DNA of 64,000 bases. Source: Chrysomallon squamiferum. Lineage: Eukaryota > Animalia > Mollusca. Positions 38,246 to 53,070 of the stretch are shown one piece after another; the stretch's first letter is position 1, and every line of letters begins with the position of its first letter. The notes beneath the pieces are model-generated. The model worked only from the letters and a program-made list of their open reading frames with translations. It ran no database searches and had not been told where the DNA came from. The translations under genes were made by a program, and so were the position numbers. The stretch lies in contig CM022674.1 in NCBI GenBank assembly GCA_012295275.1, forward strand, positions 8,432,001-8,496,000, written 5' to 3'.

Positions 38246-41200
38246 TATTAACTCGTCAGGAATAGTTTGGGCTGATGGGATTGTTGTGTTTTTATAAAAT
38301 TAAGCAAAAAGTCAGCCGCGGTCATAAGGTTTTTATATCTAAATATGTTTAAGTCTTTGCTGAACATGGAAAAATTAGTAACTATTCTCTTATTTTCAGA
38401 TACAGCATTGATCAAAAGGCAAAAATGACACATTGTTGAAAATTTGAAATACTTTACCAAATAATATATTTGATGTTTTATATGTTCTTTAACAGTTGTA
38501 TATTCTCAATTTTTTTTTTTTTTTAAATTTAATTTCTACAGTTACAGGAATTTGTTATTGTTGTTATACATGCTAGTTAATTAAACCCTGTTGGCTATAA
38601 GATGTCTGGCATTTATAATATTTCAGTGCCCATGTAGATGATTAAAATGGAATCTTGTAACAGTTGATAAATGTGTATTATTGTTTGCATTCTGTAAATA
38701 AGAGGCGTGACTTGACAGACTCAGTTGATAAAGCATCCAGCTGTGTGTACCTGATGGTGTTGACAAGTCAGTGGGAAAAAATGACAGTATCATAGTGACA
38801 AGCTGATCATTTGAAAAAATAAGTAATAATACTAATGAATTTTAAAATTCTGACAATACTCTATCATTTGAAGTATGGTCTCCAATATTAGGTTTGTATA
38901 GTATCATTTATATGCAAAAAAAAATAGATTAATTATTGGTTTATTTTGACATTCAATTAATAATGTTTATCAAACATACAGTTTGGAGTTTTGAACATTT
39001 TTGGTATTTTGTTTTTGGTGACTTAACAGTATTCAATGGATTGTTGATATAGATGGAAAAGCATTTAATATAAACCATACAAGCTCTGGTTTCAATAGCA
39101 AATAATAAGAAGGAATCTTTTATTAAAACAAGTCTGACAATTAAAAGTATATGTTGTAAATGTGATAGTGTGTTTGCAGTTGATTGTTACTGTTGTTGTT
39201 TCAAAATAAAACAAAATTCTCAGCTGTATGAACTCTGACCACCCATAGTGTTTATCTCAACTTTTTTCTTGGCATTCTTGGTATGTTCGTTGTGTGGATT
39301 AGATGTAATTGTACAGCAAACAGGTAATTCACAATTTTATGTGTTTAAGCCTAAAAAATGAACTTTATTATTTGTTTAGTAAACAAACCATTACTTTCAC
39401 TTTGTTATAATAGAATTGGAAACATATATTTGCAATAATCAGTTTTTGTCGAAGCAATTGTTTGTCAATTTTTACCTGTTTGTTTTTTTGTGTGTATTTG
39501 CTTTTTTTTTTTAACTCAATTCTTTTCTATTTTTTTTTTTTTTTTTTGGTTTTTATTTTTTTGAGGCATTTTACCAAGTCTTTTTCTTTGTGAATAGTGT
39601 AATTATATGTTTTTGTCTGTGTTTATATTTTATATCTATCAGGTTACTTTCTGTAATGGTAAATGTAAATAATGAAACAAGACATATACATACACACATG
39701 GACACCATAACATGTATACATACATTCATAGAATATATTTTTGTTTAAAAGGTGTTGCTTTAATTATAGTGGTTATCATCTGATGATTACAAATATATTC
39801 AAATGTAATTAGATTAGTGATAATCTTAGATTTATTAAATTTGTGTTATAAACACTCAACTGAACTTGAACATATTTTGTATGTATCTTAGTTAAATAAT
39901 GTATTTATTTATTTTTCTATCAAAAATGTTTTACAAGTAACACAGGAGAGTTTATTATGTAACAAGTACATGCTGAAACTTAAGGTATGTTAAAGTGTTG
40001 TAGCTCTCAGACATATTATCATTTCAGTATTTCATAATTCTATGAAAAGAATGTGCAATAAAGATAGGAGATAAGTGGTGAGAACCATTTACAGAGAACA
40101 TCCTATAGATCTGTGTGTGTACAGTGGTTGCTATCAGTTTCGTTGTGATGGTACCAGTTAGCACTCCAGATAACTGTGCTGCCTGGCTCCAGTCCAGAAA
40201 ATGGTTGCCAACATCATGATTTAAAAAAAAAAAATGTGCTAGTAGTCATAGAGACACACTCTGTGATATATCATGAATAAGTCTATGGTGAATGGTAATG
40301 TAAATTTATTCCATACTTGACCTACTACTAGATATTGTACAGATGATTATAAAACAGCTTTTTTTGCAACATCAAATCATTTAAAAATAATAATAACAAT
40401 AATAAATTTATTTGCATCAATAAAGTATGATAATTGCAGAATAAATTTTAGCCTGGCTCATGGTTGAGTATATAACATATTTCATAAATTGGCAGTAGAA
40501 ATGTTTCTAATGGGTCACCTGAGAAAGAATCACGATATAACGTTTCGGTGCCAAAATTGAGTACTTTGTTTTTCTTACCCATATCATAAATAAATTTCTT
40601 GCCAGAATTTTGTAATTACGTAGCATACTTTTGTGAGTCATAAATATATTTTTAATATTGTTATAAAAGGTTTAATGCATTTTTTAAAATTATTCTTTGT
40701 ATCCTAAAAATTATCCAGCATAGCAAAACACATTAATTATGAGATTGGTAGTGAAACTGGGTGGAATATGAATCTTATTTGAAATTTCTCTCTGTTTACA
40801 TAGGTATACATATATGCTCTGATGATTATAATTTATACTCATACGCTTCAAAATGTCCCAAATTAACTGAAACAAATTTTTAATTTGGATTGTGTCTTAA
40901 GATAACAATATAGCTTGTTGAATATGATCAGCAGATTTTTCTCTCGACCTTTGAAAAGTAATTTTTATTATACTTCATTTCTTCTGTCTTCTTCCCACAC
41001 TATTTATTTGTTGTTTTCAAATTTGTGTGGCTTTGATTCCATTTATTGTTGTTTTCTCTCTTTATGTTTACTTTTTTAATTAATTTATTATTTATTTATT
41101 ATTATTTTATTATTATTACTATTATTATTATTATTTTTATTTTTGTTTGTGTGTAGAGTATTAGTCATTTAGTACAGGACATGTCTGGTAACACTGTAGC

Positions 41201-42499
41201 TTTTCCTGCATCATTCAACAATACATAGCTGTCATCATTTCACCTCACTGATACAATTCAGTGTGCATGAACTTGGACATTCACAACTCATTCAACACAA
41301 TAGTGGGAGAATGTTTGGACTGTGTTAGTAAAAATTAATGAAAAACACTGATCTATTGCATTGTGATGAAGAATTCTCTTTCTGTTACTGGGTCTGGTCG
41401 TAATACTCTCACACATGTATGTTTGTGTGGCGTGATGCCATTCTTGTGGTCAGGAAATGTTCTATTTTGGATTTCTGTACACCGTGTTGACTTGGCAGGC
41501 TAATTTCATCTTTCATGATCGTGACTTTCCAGCATTTAGCTCCCACCTCCACTGACACTGAAATACTTTAGGGTCATACTGCAAAAAATCTTTATTTTAT
41601 TTACCAGGTGAAAACAACAGGTAACATTCTTACTTAATTGAACTATAGAAGGAGTTATTATTGATTAATGTAAGAGAAAACATCTACAAACTATTACAAT
41701 TATTTGTACTTTGCTTTTATATTTTTCTTTTCGGTCTTATGTATTACTGAGATTTTGTTTTGTTTATTTCATTTATTATTATTTACTTTTTTCTGATATT
41801 CTTTTTATTTTTGGTGTTTTTACTATTTTGCTTTTTAAATAAGAAAAAATATTTTTGTATATGATTTTTTTTTGATTGAAAGTAAGACAAACATAATTCT
41901 CATAGTTAAATTTCTAGGATATTATTGTATGATGTGATACCTTGTTAATAAATGTATGATCAAGAATAGAAGATGTTTCAGAAATTAGTATGTCTGGAGA
42001 AGTGAGAAAGATATTAATGTACAAGTACAAACTATAAATCTATAAATAAACTTATAATGTGTACAGCAACACGTTAGAGAAAAATAAAACAACAGTTGTT
42101 AATTATTGTTGTAGATCATGGGTAACAAAGTTAATGAGCTATGTATGACCAGAAAAGGTCAGATTGTAGTTTAGCACCAAATCAGCAGTCTAGGCTTAAA
42201 ACTCTACACTCAAATACTGTCTGCAGCTAATTAAGTCATAGATAGCATTCCTATTTTCTTACACCAAAAGAAGATATAAATTAAGATTTTAAATATTTTG
42301 TTTTTTCCTCACTATTTTTATTTTAATTGTTATTTTTTTTAATTTTTTTAAAATAATTATTTGTTTTGATAAGATAATTATTTTAATCAACTTTTTGAAA
42401 CTTTTTGCAGGTGATGACTTACAGGTGGATGAGAAATTAAAAAGAAAAAGGAAGACAAAGTAAAATAATAAAATCTTGTGGTAGGATTCACTGCCCAAA

Positions 42500-43264
42500 A
42501 TGAGTGCCAAAAAGAATGTTTCACTGCCTTCAGATAGTGTGGAACTGTATGTGAAAGCAGGCTGGGATGGACAGAGTTATGGAGCCTGTCCTTTCTGTCA
42601 GCGTTTCTACATGATCTTAGATCTGAAAGCTAAATATGGAGCTCTCAACTACAAAGTAATCACAGTGAACATGGCCAGACCACCTCCTGACTTCAAGAAA
42701 TATGCTAACAAGCTTCCAGTTATCAAACATGAAGATGAAGTTGTCATGGATTCAGATGAAATTGTTCAGTATATTGATGAGAATTTCCCTAATCCTGACT
42801 TGCGGTACACAAACATCGCTGCCCACTCTGTGTGCTTGGACATTTTCTCCAAGTTCTCCTTCTTCATCAAAAATGTCAGTCACACACATGAGCCTCTTTT
42901 GAAGGAGCTTCATGCCATGGATTCCTATCTTCAAAAATCTGGCACCAAGTTCCTATGCAGTGATAAACTCACACATTTGGACTGCCTCATGCTGCCTAAA
43001 CTTCAGCATATTCGAGTAGCTTCCAAAGCTTTTAAAGACTTTGAATTTCCAACCAGTCTCATTGGCTTGTGGTCCTACCTCAGAAATGCATATGCTGATG
43101 AAACCTTCCGGAAGACATGTCCGTCAGATCAAGAAATTGTGCACCACTGGAGTTCCAAAAGGGAGACCACTGCCCTGCCCAGCAGCAAGAAGCGTTACTA
43201 TATGTTAGAATCAGCACCAGTATATTCATTAGATGTGCCACAAGTTAATGGGCAAGTGTTTTAG
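42500..43264 (+). CDS. CLIC: Chloride intracellular channel protein (CLIC, GST fold), 254 aa, intronless CDS
   Basis: VELYVKAGWDGQSYGACPFCQRFYMIL, TVNMARPP, KFLCSDKLTHLDCLMLPKLQHIRVA, FRKTCPSDQEI. In-frame stop upstream of the ATG; splice acceptor at 42410. Confidence 0.96.
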   Translation: MSAKKNVSLPSDSVELYVKAGWDGQSYGACPFCQRFYMILDLKAKYGALNYKVITVNMARPPPDFKKYANKLPVIKHEDEVVMDSDEIVQYIDENFPNPDLRYTNIAAHSVCLDIFSKFSFFIKNVSHTHEPLLKELHAMDSYLQKSGTKFLCSDKLTHLDCLMLPKLQHIRVASKAFKDFEFPTSLIGLWSYLRNAYADETFRKTCPSDQEIVHHWSSKRETTALPSSKKRYYMLESAPVYSLDVPQVNGQVF

Positions 43265-46200
43265 TTTACAACACTGCATGTTTCTTAGCTGCATTATATT
43301 GAGCTTTAACTGACATTTAATTTTTTTTTTTTTTTTTTAAATGTGTTAATATTTTTGAATCTCAACCTCCCATTGTTTTGTACATGTATGTTAAGAGCTT
43401 TGGGATTAAACCAAAGGTTGGTTCTTAAAATACATATAGAGGTAGTTTTGTAAAATGTTAATACTATTGTTGGGTTTGAGTTGTTAATAAATTGTAATAA
43501 TGATCTTGATGCCATAATATTTATTTTATATTATATAAATATTTGTTTATTTGCTTGCACATATATTATTATATACTTCACACACACAGACAATGCATTT
43601 CATTTAATCTTCTTAATTCTTGTATACATTTTAATTTACAGGGACAGTATTTTTTTCACACTTACTCACTGACTTACAAAAACATAAACAATTAATATCA
43701 TTAATAAACATTATGTGTGCCATAAATAGAAGATTTTTAAACTACAAAGAACACTAAAATACATCCATTTTGCTGAAAAGAAAAAGTGTTATAAATGTGT
43801 ACTTTTGTTATTACTTTCTGTTTATATATTTTTCAGAGATCATTGTAGTCTGCTGTAACTCAAGTATTTTATTTTATTATTCATGACATTAGTCTTCCTT
43901 TTGTCATAACCTTTTCTTAATTGTCTGCATGTAGTCTTTATACATTACTAGTTTACTTACTTACTTACTTATTTATTTTTTTATTTATTATAAATATTAT
44001 TTTCAAATATTAAAAAAAGAAAAAATAACACTTGTTACATCCATGTTATAAACATTCAGTATAATCATTAAAGAAAAATAGAGACAAATAAAGAACAATG
44101 TTTTTGGTGTGATATGTAGTATTTCTAGTCCTGTATTATCATGTAGCATTATCTAAGCTCTTACTATTTCTGTTGATTTGTTATTATTAGCATCATCATC
44201 TCTTTATTATTATTATTATTATTATTATTATATTCATGTCAGTTCTACCTATTATTATTATTACTTTGTACTAGTGCTTGGATTTTCTATTTCCTTAACA
44301 TTCTACTAATTATCGGTTACTACAGAGTCAATGAAAAAAAACATTGTGGTTTTTTTTGTGGAAAACATTTATATAATTCTTTTAACAGCACAACATTTGC
44401 ATGCCACTTTCATTTTTGATAAAGTCACATACTATAGTCTTGTGCTTAAAAATAATTATTTTTATTTTCTTATACTTTTTATTTTTATATATTTTTTTTT
44501 TGCTTTACTAATTGATTTATATTTGATGATTATCTGTAAGATAAAATAATAATATTAATAAAATAAAAAGTAAAAAAATATTTGTCTGAATATATAAATT
44601 ATGTAAATGACACATCTATCACTATTATAATATTATCAAATTTGGTTTTGTACCTGGTTTTAATATTTTCTAGGGGATATGGGGAGGCAAAAGTTATTTG
44701 TACTTCTTACTTGATTACTATTATTGTTATTAAACTTTAGATAATAGTTATTAAATTTTGTCTACCACAAAACAGTTCAGTATTTTACAAACGATTATGC
44801 ATTTGGTACAAAATGAAATATTAAAAATATTAAATAAATAACACAAAATTAGATTAGGTGTATTTTCAGATCTCTGTGATAGATCAGAAATTGCTCCTTC
44901 TGAAAATATATTTCACAAAAGATTTAATTAATTACTATTTTCAGAAGTTTATGATTATGATGATTATTATTATGATTATTATTATTATTATTATTATTTT
45001 AATTTTTTCTTTTTCTTTTCTTTCTTTCTTCCTTTCTTGCAAAAACAAACTGAATATTTTCCATTGGTTTTAAGTTTTCAGATGAAACAATAAGTATATA
45101 ATTCTTACTTTTTATAATAATAATATTGTATATTTGTTCAAAGATATAAATTAGAATCATAATAGTACATTGTTTTAAAAACCAAATTGTAATATAACAC
45201 TTGATGAATGTATGTTGTACATTGAATAATTTGTTATTATAATTAAATTCTTGTATTGTCATAACTTTCTAGTCAATATTTCATTTCATTTTATAATTGA
45301 GTCATTATTTTACAAATATATATTCTAGTCATGGGAAGAGAAAAAAAAAAAAAATATACACACAATGTATTTTCTTTATATGTAACATATTTTCTTTTTA
45401 TTTACATAACAAGTGGTTTAAAAATACTTTGTTTTATAAAGTGTATTGTTAAATTTACCTTTGCTGATAGAGAAATATTCAAAATATATTCTGTGTTAAA
45501 TTTAATTTGGTTTACCTGTCCAGTCTTAATAAAGACAAGTTTTACAGATACATTTATTAGACCCATTTATCTGTACTCACTGATACACCTTAAATCTCTA
45601 ACTTTTAGTTTATTGTTACATATTTGGATAATGACTTCTTTCGCTTACTCTGTATGCTCTTTATATTTGACATACTGTGTTTTAGAATCACTATCCAGTT
45701 TGTGAAATTATAGATTTGCGGTTTACTTTATTAACAGTTTTGACTGTATGAATAGTTTTTGTTTAAATAAATAAATAAAATAATATTAATCCTATTAACT
45801 GTTCACATGTAAATCATACAACAATTGGAATTTTTTGATGTTGCAGTATTTTAAATTATTTGTGCTAATTTACATAAAATCTCTGTAACTGCATAACTGT
45901 ATGAAACTAACTGCAATCAGAATAAAATCTAAACATTTTCCTCTTACATTTAAAGAGTACAGGTACGTTTACACCTTTCATTCAATATGAATTTGGAAAC
46001 TGTTTCAAAAAATTAAAATAAATATTTATAATTGTAAGTCATCAATTAATATTTTACAACAGTAATTTTCACTCTATGCAGTTACTTGGATTTTCTCATC
46101 TTGAAATCAGTTTCACTTATAATAAATATTAAGTTTATATATATGTCACTGATTTAAATGTGGTGAAGTATGTAAAATCTAAAATATGTATAGACTGTTA

Positions 46201-49200
46201 GAACTGTTGCTCCAGATATTTGTTTTAACTATAAACCTGCTTTAATATAATATTCTTTAGAAATATATTATTTGAAATGTAATTAGGTTAATAAATGAAA
46301 ATTGCCAAATGTGTGTTTTGTTATTTATTTCTATGTAATACTATGGTAATATATTTTTGAAATATTCACAAATATAATAAGAAACTTTGTATATTTTAAA
46401 TATACTTAGTATATTTTAGCTATAAAAGTAATTTAAGTAGTCAAACCTTCATTTGTAGATATTATAATATTTATTATTTTGTGAATAACAAAATTTTCTA
46501 TTACATTTAAAGGATTATTTTTAATTATTGACTGGATTAAATAGCTATAGTAAATGTTTTTCTTTACCAAGGTATCAGAATGGTAATTTAATGTTAATGC
46601 ATTTGTTATAATATATTTAGAGAAGTGCCTAAGCTGTGTATGATGGTATGGTGAACTGACAGTTATTGCAATAACATGATGAAACATGTTCAGTAATATG
46701 ACAGTTTCATACCTCGGTGTTGTGTAAAAGGCCAATCATTTGACTTGGTGCATTCATAATTCCACTCAGTCTGAGTATGTATTTATTCAAGGTGAATTTA
46801 GAGCAAGTTGATTTGTACAGGTATGTTCTGAATGTGTCTTTTTCCTTCCCTCTCCACTAACTGACCACTAAATACACAGTGACCAACCTGCCTTCTTGTT
46901 TTTAGAGCAAACTAATGCAACTGACCCCTTGCCTCTCACAATTAGTGTAGTAAAGTAAATATTGAAAAAAGCTTTCTCTGGTATCCCTTGGAATTTTGAA
47001 TCTCCAATTTGGTTGTTGTTTTACAAGAAAGTAAATGTTTTTAGAAAGATATTTGTGTGAAAAATGCATTCTGTCATTATTTTGTTAAACTGTAACAGGA
47101 AAAAAAGAAAAAGTGAAAAAAGTAAGAATGAACATGATTATAAAGTGATCAGTTTAAACATTTCTAAACAATACTCTTTATTGTGTTCCATTGTTTCTCT
47201 CCGATTCACATGCACCAAAACACATACAGAAATATAATTTATATAACATTTTTATTTATTCTGTATATGTGTGTGTGTATATATATATACACACAGTTTC
47301 ATAAGCGAGAGATAATTATTTTGTACAAAAAAAGAATCGTTATTGATTACAAACTGTTATACAGAAATCTTATTTCATATGTAAACAGTTATTGAATGTT
47401 TGCAAAATGTATTTCTTTTTCCATTGGTTAATGTTGATCAACTTTGATTATTTCAGAATAAATTTTATGTCACTAAAATATTATTTAAGTAATAATTTTA
47501 CTTATTACTGAAAATAATTTATTATTATATTTAATTAAAATGTATTGGCACTGCAAATGAAAATAACTGTAGTAATTGTTTGCACATAGGGGCTGAAAAT
47601 AACATCTCTGTGTACTTGGCACAATTAGCAGAGAGTTCTTGTTTTTACCATTTATAGACAATGAACATTTGACAGTTATTGTTGATGGACATTACTGACA
47701 AGCTAACACACCTGTACATTGTAAAACATATTCTGTTTAATTATCAGGTGCTCTGTATTCATCTGTAACAGGAAAAAACAAAGTTAGAATAATTCAATGT
47801 TAATACGTGGTCTCTCTGCATTTGAAAAGAATTTAGAAAGTTTAAAATAGTAATATAATCTATTATTCTATATATTTATATACATTTGCTCGTACTGCCA
47901 CACTGTTACACGTAGGTTAGTGTTTCATACAAACATACATATATATAAAATACACAGATTCTAAAAGGTACTCTAATTGATTTACCTACTTTTAGTTTCA
48001 GTTTATGCCCATTTTCTCATACAAGTATGAAGTCATAGAGGATTTTTTGTTGTTAGCAAAGCGTAGTGTAAATGGAAATGATTTATCAAATATCTATCCA
48101 TAGTCAAAACTGAGATATCCCGTTTTCCCAACTTCAGCTTCACAGAGCTTAATCTACTCCTAATTGCTTAAAACCATTTCAGTCACTGTTTCTTACCAAT
48201 ACTGTTTGGTTTGACAAACTTATATCACAATCATCTTATGATAAATTAACATAAATCAATGTGTTTAAATCAATATTCATCAATACTCTTGTAGAAACAT
48301 GAGTACTAATATTAATTGCACACATATCAAATAAACCCACTCAAACTGATTTCTGTTCAGAGGTTAATATTTGCCATTTATTTTATCCCATGCTCACAAA
48401 CTTGCAGCTGACAAAAAACATGCATTATCAAAAACTACATTTTTCACAAATTGACCACATTTATTTTAACTAATTTTTATTTATTTATTTGTTTTATTCT
48501 ATTCTATTCTGTTATTAAATTGTATTATTTAATTTTATTTTTGTTATCAGTGAATCTCTGTATATAACAATATTGATGGAACAAAGGAAACCCGTCCTGA
48601 GAAAACAGCTGACAAACACTCAGAACTTTTGATACAAGATAAACTTAATTAGTTTATATTATATATATTTCTTTTTTTGTTCTTCTCATCATGGACTTAT
48701 ATTTAGGTGTAACACTGTTAAGTAATATTCTATCAGATAGTAGTTTATCTGTAAAGTACTGGCACATGAAAAAAAACAGCTGTTTTAATATAAATATTTT
48801 TTGCATAATATAGATCCAAAGGTTTTGGAGAAGTCAGATGTCTTATATACAACAAAACGTATGATAAAGTAATGAAAGCTGTAATGAATGATTATTTTTT
48901 TGGAATCAAAAGACCTGCTATTCAATCTCACCAACTAATATTAGTTTTACGTAATTCATTTGATTCTTATATTTTTGTAAGTTAGTTAAGCAAACTGACA
49001 CGTTTTCATAGTTAAAATCAGGCATAAATATAAAACATTTTGGTTATTATTTGTCAATTTTTCAAGTGTTATTTTAAAATACTATTAATAATGTTAGATT
49101 TATATTCTTAAAATCTGACAGTAATTTTTTCTTTCTTTCTTTCTTTATTTCTTTTGTTTTATTTTTTTTAATTTATTTAGTTTTCATTATTAATATAAAA

Positions 49201-50723
49201 TCTGTTTCCTAATTTATGATAAATTAATAATAAATAGAAATCAGAACTAAATGAATCTATTAATATGTAAATGTTCTTCATATGTAAATTATATGAAATC
49301 ATTACAACATATGTACCTGATTATACATACAGATGTAAATAAAATGCCTTGGGCAAGACTTTCATCAACTTTTTTTGGTAAATTGTTTACGACTGTCGCT
49401 GAGGAAGATGTTTCAGAGACGTATTAGGTAAACTCAGTTTAGCAAAGATTGTATACTAGTCGACCTGATCCAGTATGATGTACATGTGTGTAGATTGAAC
49501 ACTCCTCTATCTAGACTTCATCGTAAAAATCCATATTTTACTCAAAGAACCAAGATTTACATGAATCAGAAAACAAAATAAACAATTACATAAAGACATG
49601 TCAACACATTAGGGATAATATACAATATTTTGTTTTTATTTGTTTTAAATTTGAAAAAATCAAAGAGATACATTTATTAGTTGCAAGGAAAGTTTTATAT
49701 ACTCCTTATCAATGACAGAAAAGCAAATATGGCAGCTTTTGATAAATAATCAGTTTGATTTTATAATGTAAACAGGGAAACGTGAAAACAGTTTTTGTGG
49801 AATTAATTTGTCCAAAGAACCGTCATAAACTAACAAATGAATTAACAGCACCTTTACCACTATAGTATAATTCTGTTATAATAATAATAATAATATGAAT
49901 ACTGATAATAATAGAGCAACACAAACATAAAATACAAATCTTGTATTATTATTATTATTATTATAAGTAAATTAAAAATAAATCTAAAACATTTGTTGTT
50001 ACTTTAAATCTAATATTCAACTGGCATAAATTCTTGAGAAACAACAAAGTAGTATAGAACTTGTATGACTGCATTCCAGTCAACTTTATTTGAATCAAGG
50101 GAAACAACTTTCAACCCGTTGAAAAAGTTATCATTTTGTCCCTTTAAAGTTTTATTATCAATTTTCAAAACAGTTTGATTAAGACAAGCAGCATTTATAA
50201 TAAAAACAATAGCAATTATAAGAAGATCAAGAATGTGTATAATTACAATTATTCCCCAATTTTACTCTTTTTTCTCCCCCCCCCCTCACTCGGAGCAGTA
50301 TAACCTTTACATACAAAGAACGTAAATTTTTTAAACGACTCCTAAGTGGATTATAATATAGATTTATATGCATAAGAGAACCTGAATTTCCAGATACCTC
50401 GGTATGTAGCTAACGCAATCAGCAGCCATACAAATGACTGACATATAAAATAATCACCGTAACCTACATGTCTGTTTCTTCAGCAAGTCTTACTAGAAGA
50501 TAAAAAATAAATGATGAAAGCATGCACTGAACAGCTGCATTTACGCACTGGTATTTTCGTTTCCTTTGGTATATTTTACGTATTAAAGTTTATGCCTCAG
50601 TGCACTTTCGGCAAAGGAAAGTATTACCTGTTGACTGCATATGTACAAACACTTGTTTTTATTGGAAAAATTTTAGTTTGTCAAAAACAATTACTATTTT
50701 GCTGCTAAATATTATTTATATAT

Positions 50724-52861
50724 TTATTTGGATTTGTCAGGAAATACAAATAAAGGTTCAGGTTCGTATCCAAACATTTCGAACTCTGGACGAAATAATT
50801 CTGTTAAAGAGAGTTTGTCGCTAAATGGGAGACTTTGAAAATATTCCTTTTTAAACTGATACCTCGTAAATCTCCTTGCAGATTTTGTTGACCTTTGAAA
50901 AGCTTTAAAAATAAAAGATAAAAATTCATAAAATGATATTGTTTCACTTTCCTCCTGGGAAATACTGAAGTTTTGACCAATGCTTATAAATCCTCTAATT
51001 TGCCATCTTTTCCAAAGACGTCTTAGAGCCTCGTGCATTTTCATGCACTTTTGTAAAATTGGTTTTCTATGGAAAAATAACTGTTTTGCATTAACACGAA
51101 TTTCATTTAAAATATGATCTGAATTTACAAACTGTGAAATACTGGCTAAACTGGAAGCATTAATTGCCCGTATAATAAATATAGTATCTTGTTTGATTGT
51201 TTCAATTTTACCGATAAAGTCATATCTAAGCAGACAAATTGCACAGTGTTTGTGAATTGGTACGAAGTGAGGATCGGACATATCCTGCATTTGTAGAACA
51301 TATTTAACAAATTCTGGAAATGTGACGTCATGTCCATATTCTAAACTTCGATTCGTGGCATTCTTACGAAATCTTTTTATAATGACTTTACCAACTCCCC
51401 AGAAATATGGGTTTGGTGATAAAAATTTATCAACATATCCTGCCAATAATCTTGCATATGGTTCTCGAGTAAAAAGTACTTTGTACGACTGCTCCCATTT
51501 TGACTTCATTTGATCTGTCAGGTTATTTAAACGGTAAGGGATTCTCTTAGCAGTAACACTGTTGTTTTTCTGAAGAACAACCAAAAATTTCCACCAGTAC
51601 TGGCACGCCACTTTTTGAATGACGCAGATACTTATATTATAAGGTGGAGAATAAAAAACATCTTCCGGTCGTGAAAGAAACGTTCCAATGCCATGTTTGG
51701 AGTATTTCTTACATCCTCGCTTCAGTAGCTGCTGTCGTTCTTTCATGCGGTTTTCAAAATAATTGAGAGTTTTCAGTTCCTTTAAAAAAAGCAAATAAAT
51801 ATATCATTCGAAAGAAACCAAAATAAATGCTATAATAAATTGTAAAGGTTTGCTTTCCTATCTGTTTTTGAACTAGAGTTAAAAAGATATTAAACACGTC
51901 CCATCCTGCCCGGTCTCCCTATACTTATATATTTTTCTTTCTGTATGTACCTGTTATTATTATAATTATTATTATTATTTATTATCATTATTGATTACTT
52001 ATCAACAAAGAGTAATAATAATTTTTGTCTCACTGAGTTTGCATTCTTGTATTTGTTAATCATTTCACCATCGATATCTTGAGAAAACATCATTTGATCT
52101 ACAAAATACATAAAACAATATAATAATAATAATAAGAAGAACAACAACGATAACTACAGTTTTATAGCAATCTAGCTCGTTACACATTAATTCCACTTTA
52201 TACAGCTAACTATTGTCCTTTATACTTTTGAACTTATTCACGCACAGCAGAGTGCAAGAAAAAAATTAAGATGACAGGAAAGAGAAACTGTGATTTCAGT
52301 ATGTATATATATAAAAGAAAAAGAAAAGATATCAATTCATTTGTGAATATTGTGAATATTGGTTTGGTTTACCTTGCAAATGAATCCATACCAGCGTCAG
52401 TGTAGAAAAAATAAGCAGAATGGCGAAGAAGATACGGACAACATGATTGTGTCGAATTGTCACAACCCTCAGCTGCCACGCAGTATCAAAAAACAAAATT
52501 GTCATGTAAACAAACAAACAAATAAACAGATAAACAAACAAACAAATGAATAAATCAAATACTTATTGGGCAAAGATCTAAATGATATCAATCTATGTCA
52601 AACATCAAAAATATATAATTTCTCTAAAATATTTTAATCGTATATTTTTGAATTCCGAATCCTTAACAGTAACAACTTTATCCTAATTCTCTGTTATCAT
52701 AAAAGAAGAAATATAATACTTTTAATATGTCACATTCGTTTTATTTATTTCTTCTGTTTTGTATAAATATAAATGTAAATATAAATAAATAAATAAATAA
52801 AAAAGTAATAAAATAATTAATTAATTAATTTTACCTGGCATATTTTTGAAGAAGACAGCAT
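50724..52861 (-). CDS. Carbohydrate sulfotransferase, CHST8-14/HNK-1ST family (Sulfotransfer_2), ~415 aa
   Basis: Exons 52861-52835, 52472-52373, 52098-52034 and 51779-50724 join in frame: MLSSSKICQLRVVTIRHNHVVRIFFAILLIFSTLTLVWIHLQ (signal-anchor). Motifs: CVIQKVAC (5'-PSB), FTREPYARLLAGYVDKF (3'-PB), TFPEFVKY, DPHF..C..C...YDFIGKIET, FEMFGY. Confidence 0.9.
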
Positions 52862-53024
52862 TAATAATATTATTTATCAGTCTGAATTTTATTTTAAAAT
52901 GAGATTATAAAAGGTTATTATCACGACTAACTCACTAATTTTGCAGTGGTGTGTATGACATTTAACTACTACTACCAGTACTGCATTTGATCAAAGATAT
53001 ACGCCACAAAAATGGAAATATGTA

Positions 53025-53070
<46 letters not shown>

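Noticed and set aside
43300-50700. Many short I/F/L/Y-rich ORFs
   Set aside because: Expected by chance in very AT-rich UTR and intergenic DNA; no motifs or consistent exon chain.
52835-52841. ATGCCAG as the sulfotransferase start
   Set aside because: It gives phase 1 and runs into a stop downstream; the ATG at 52861 gives the phase-0 join that keeps the frame open.
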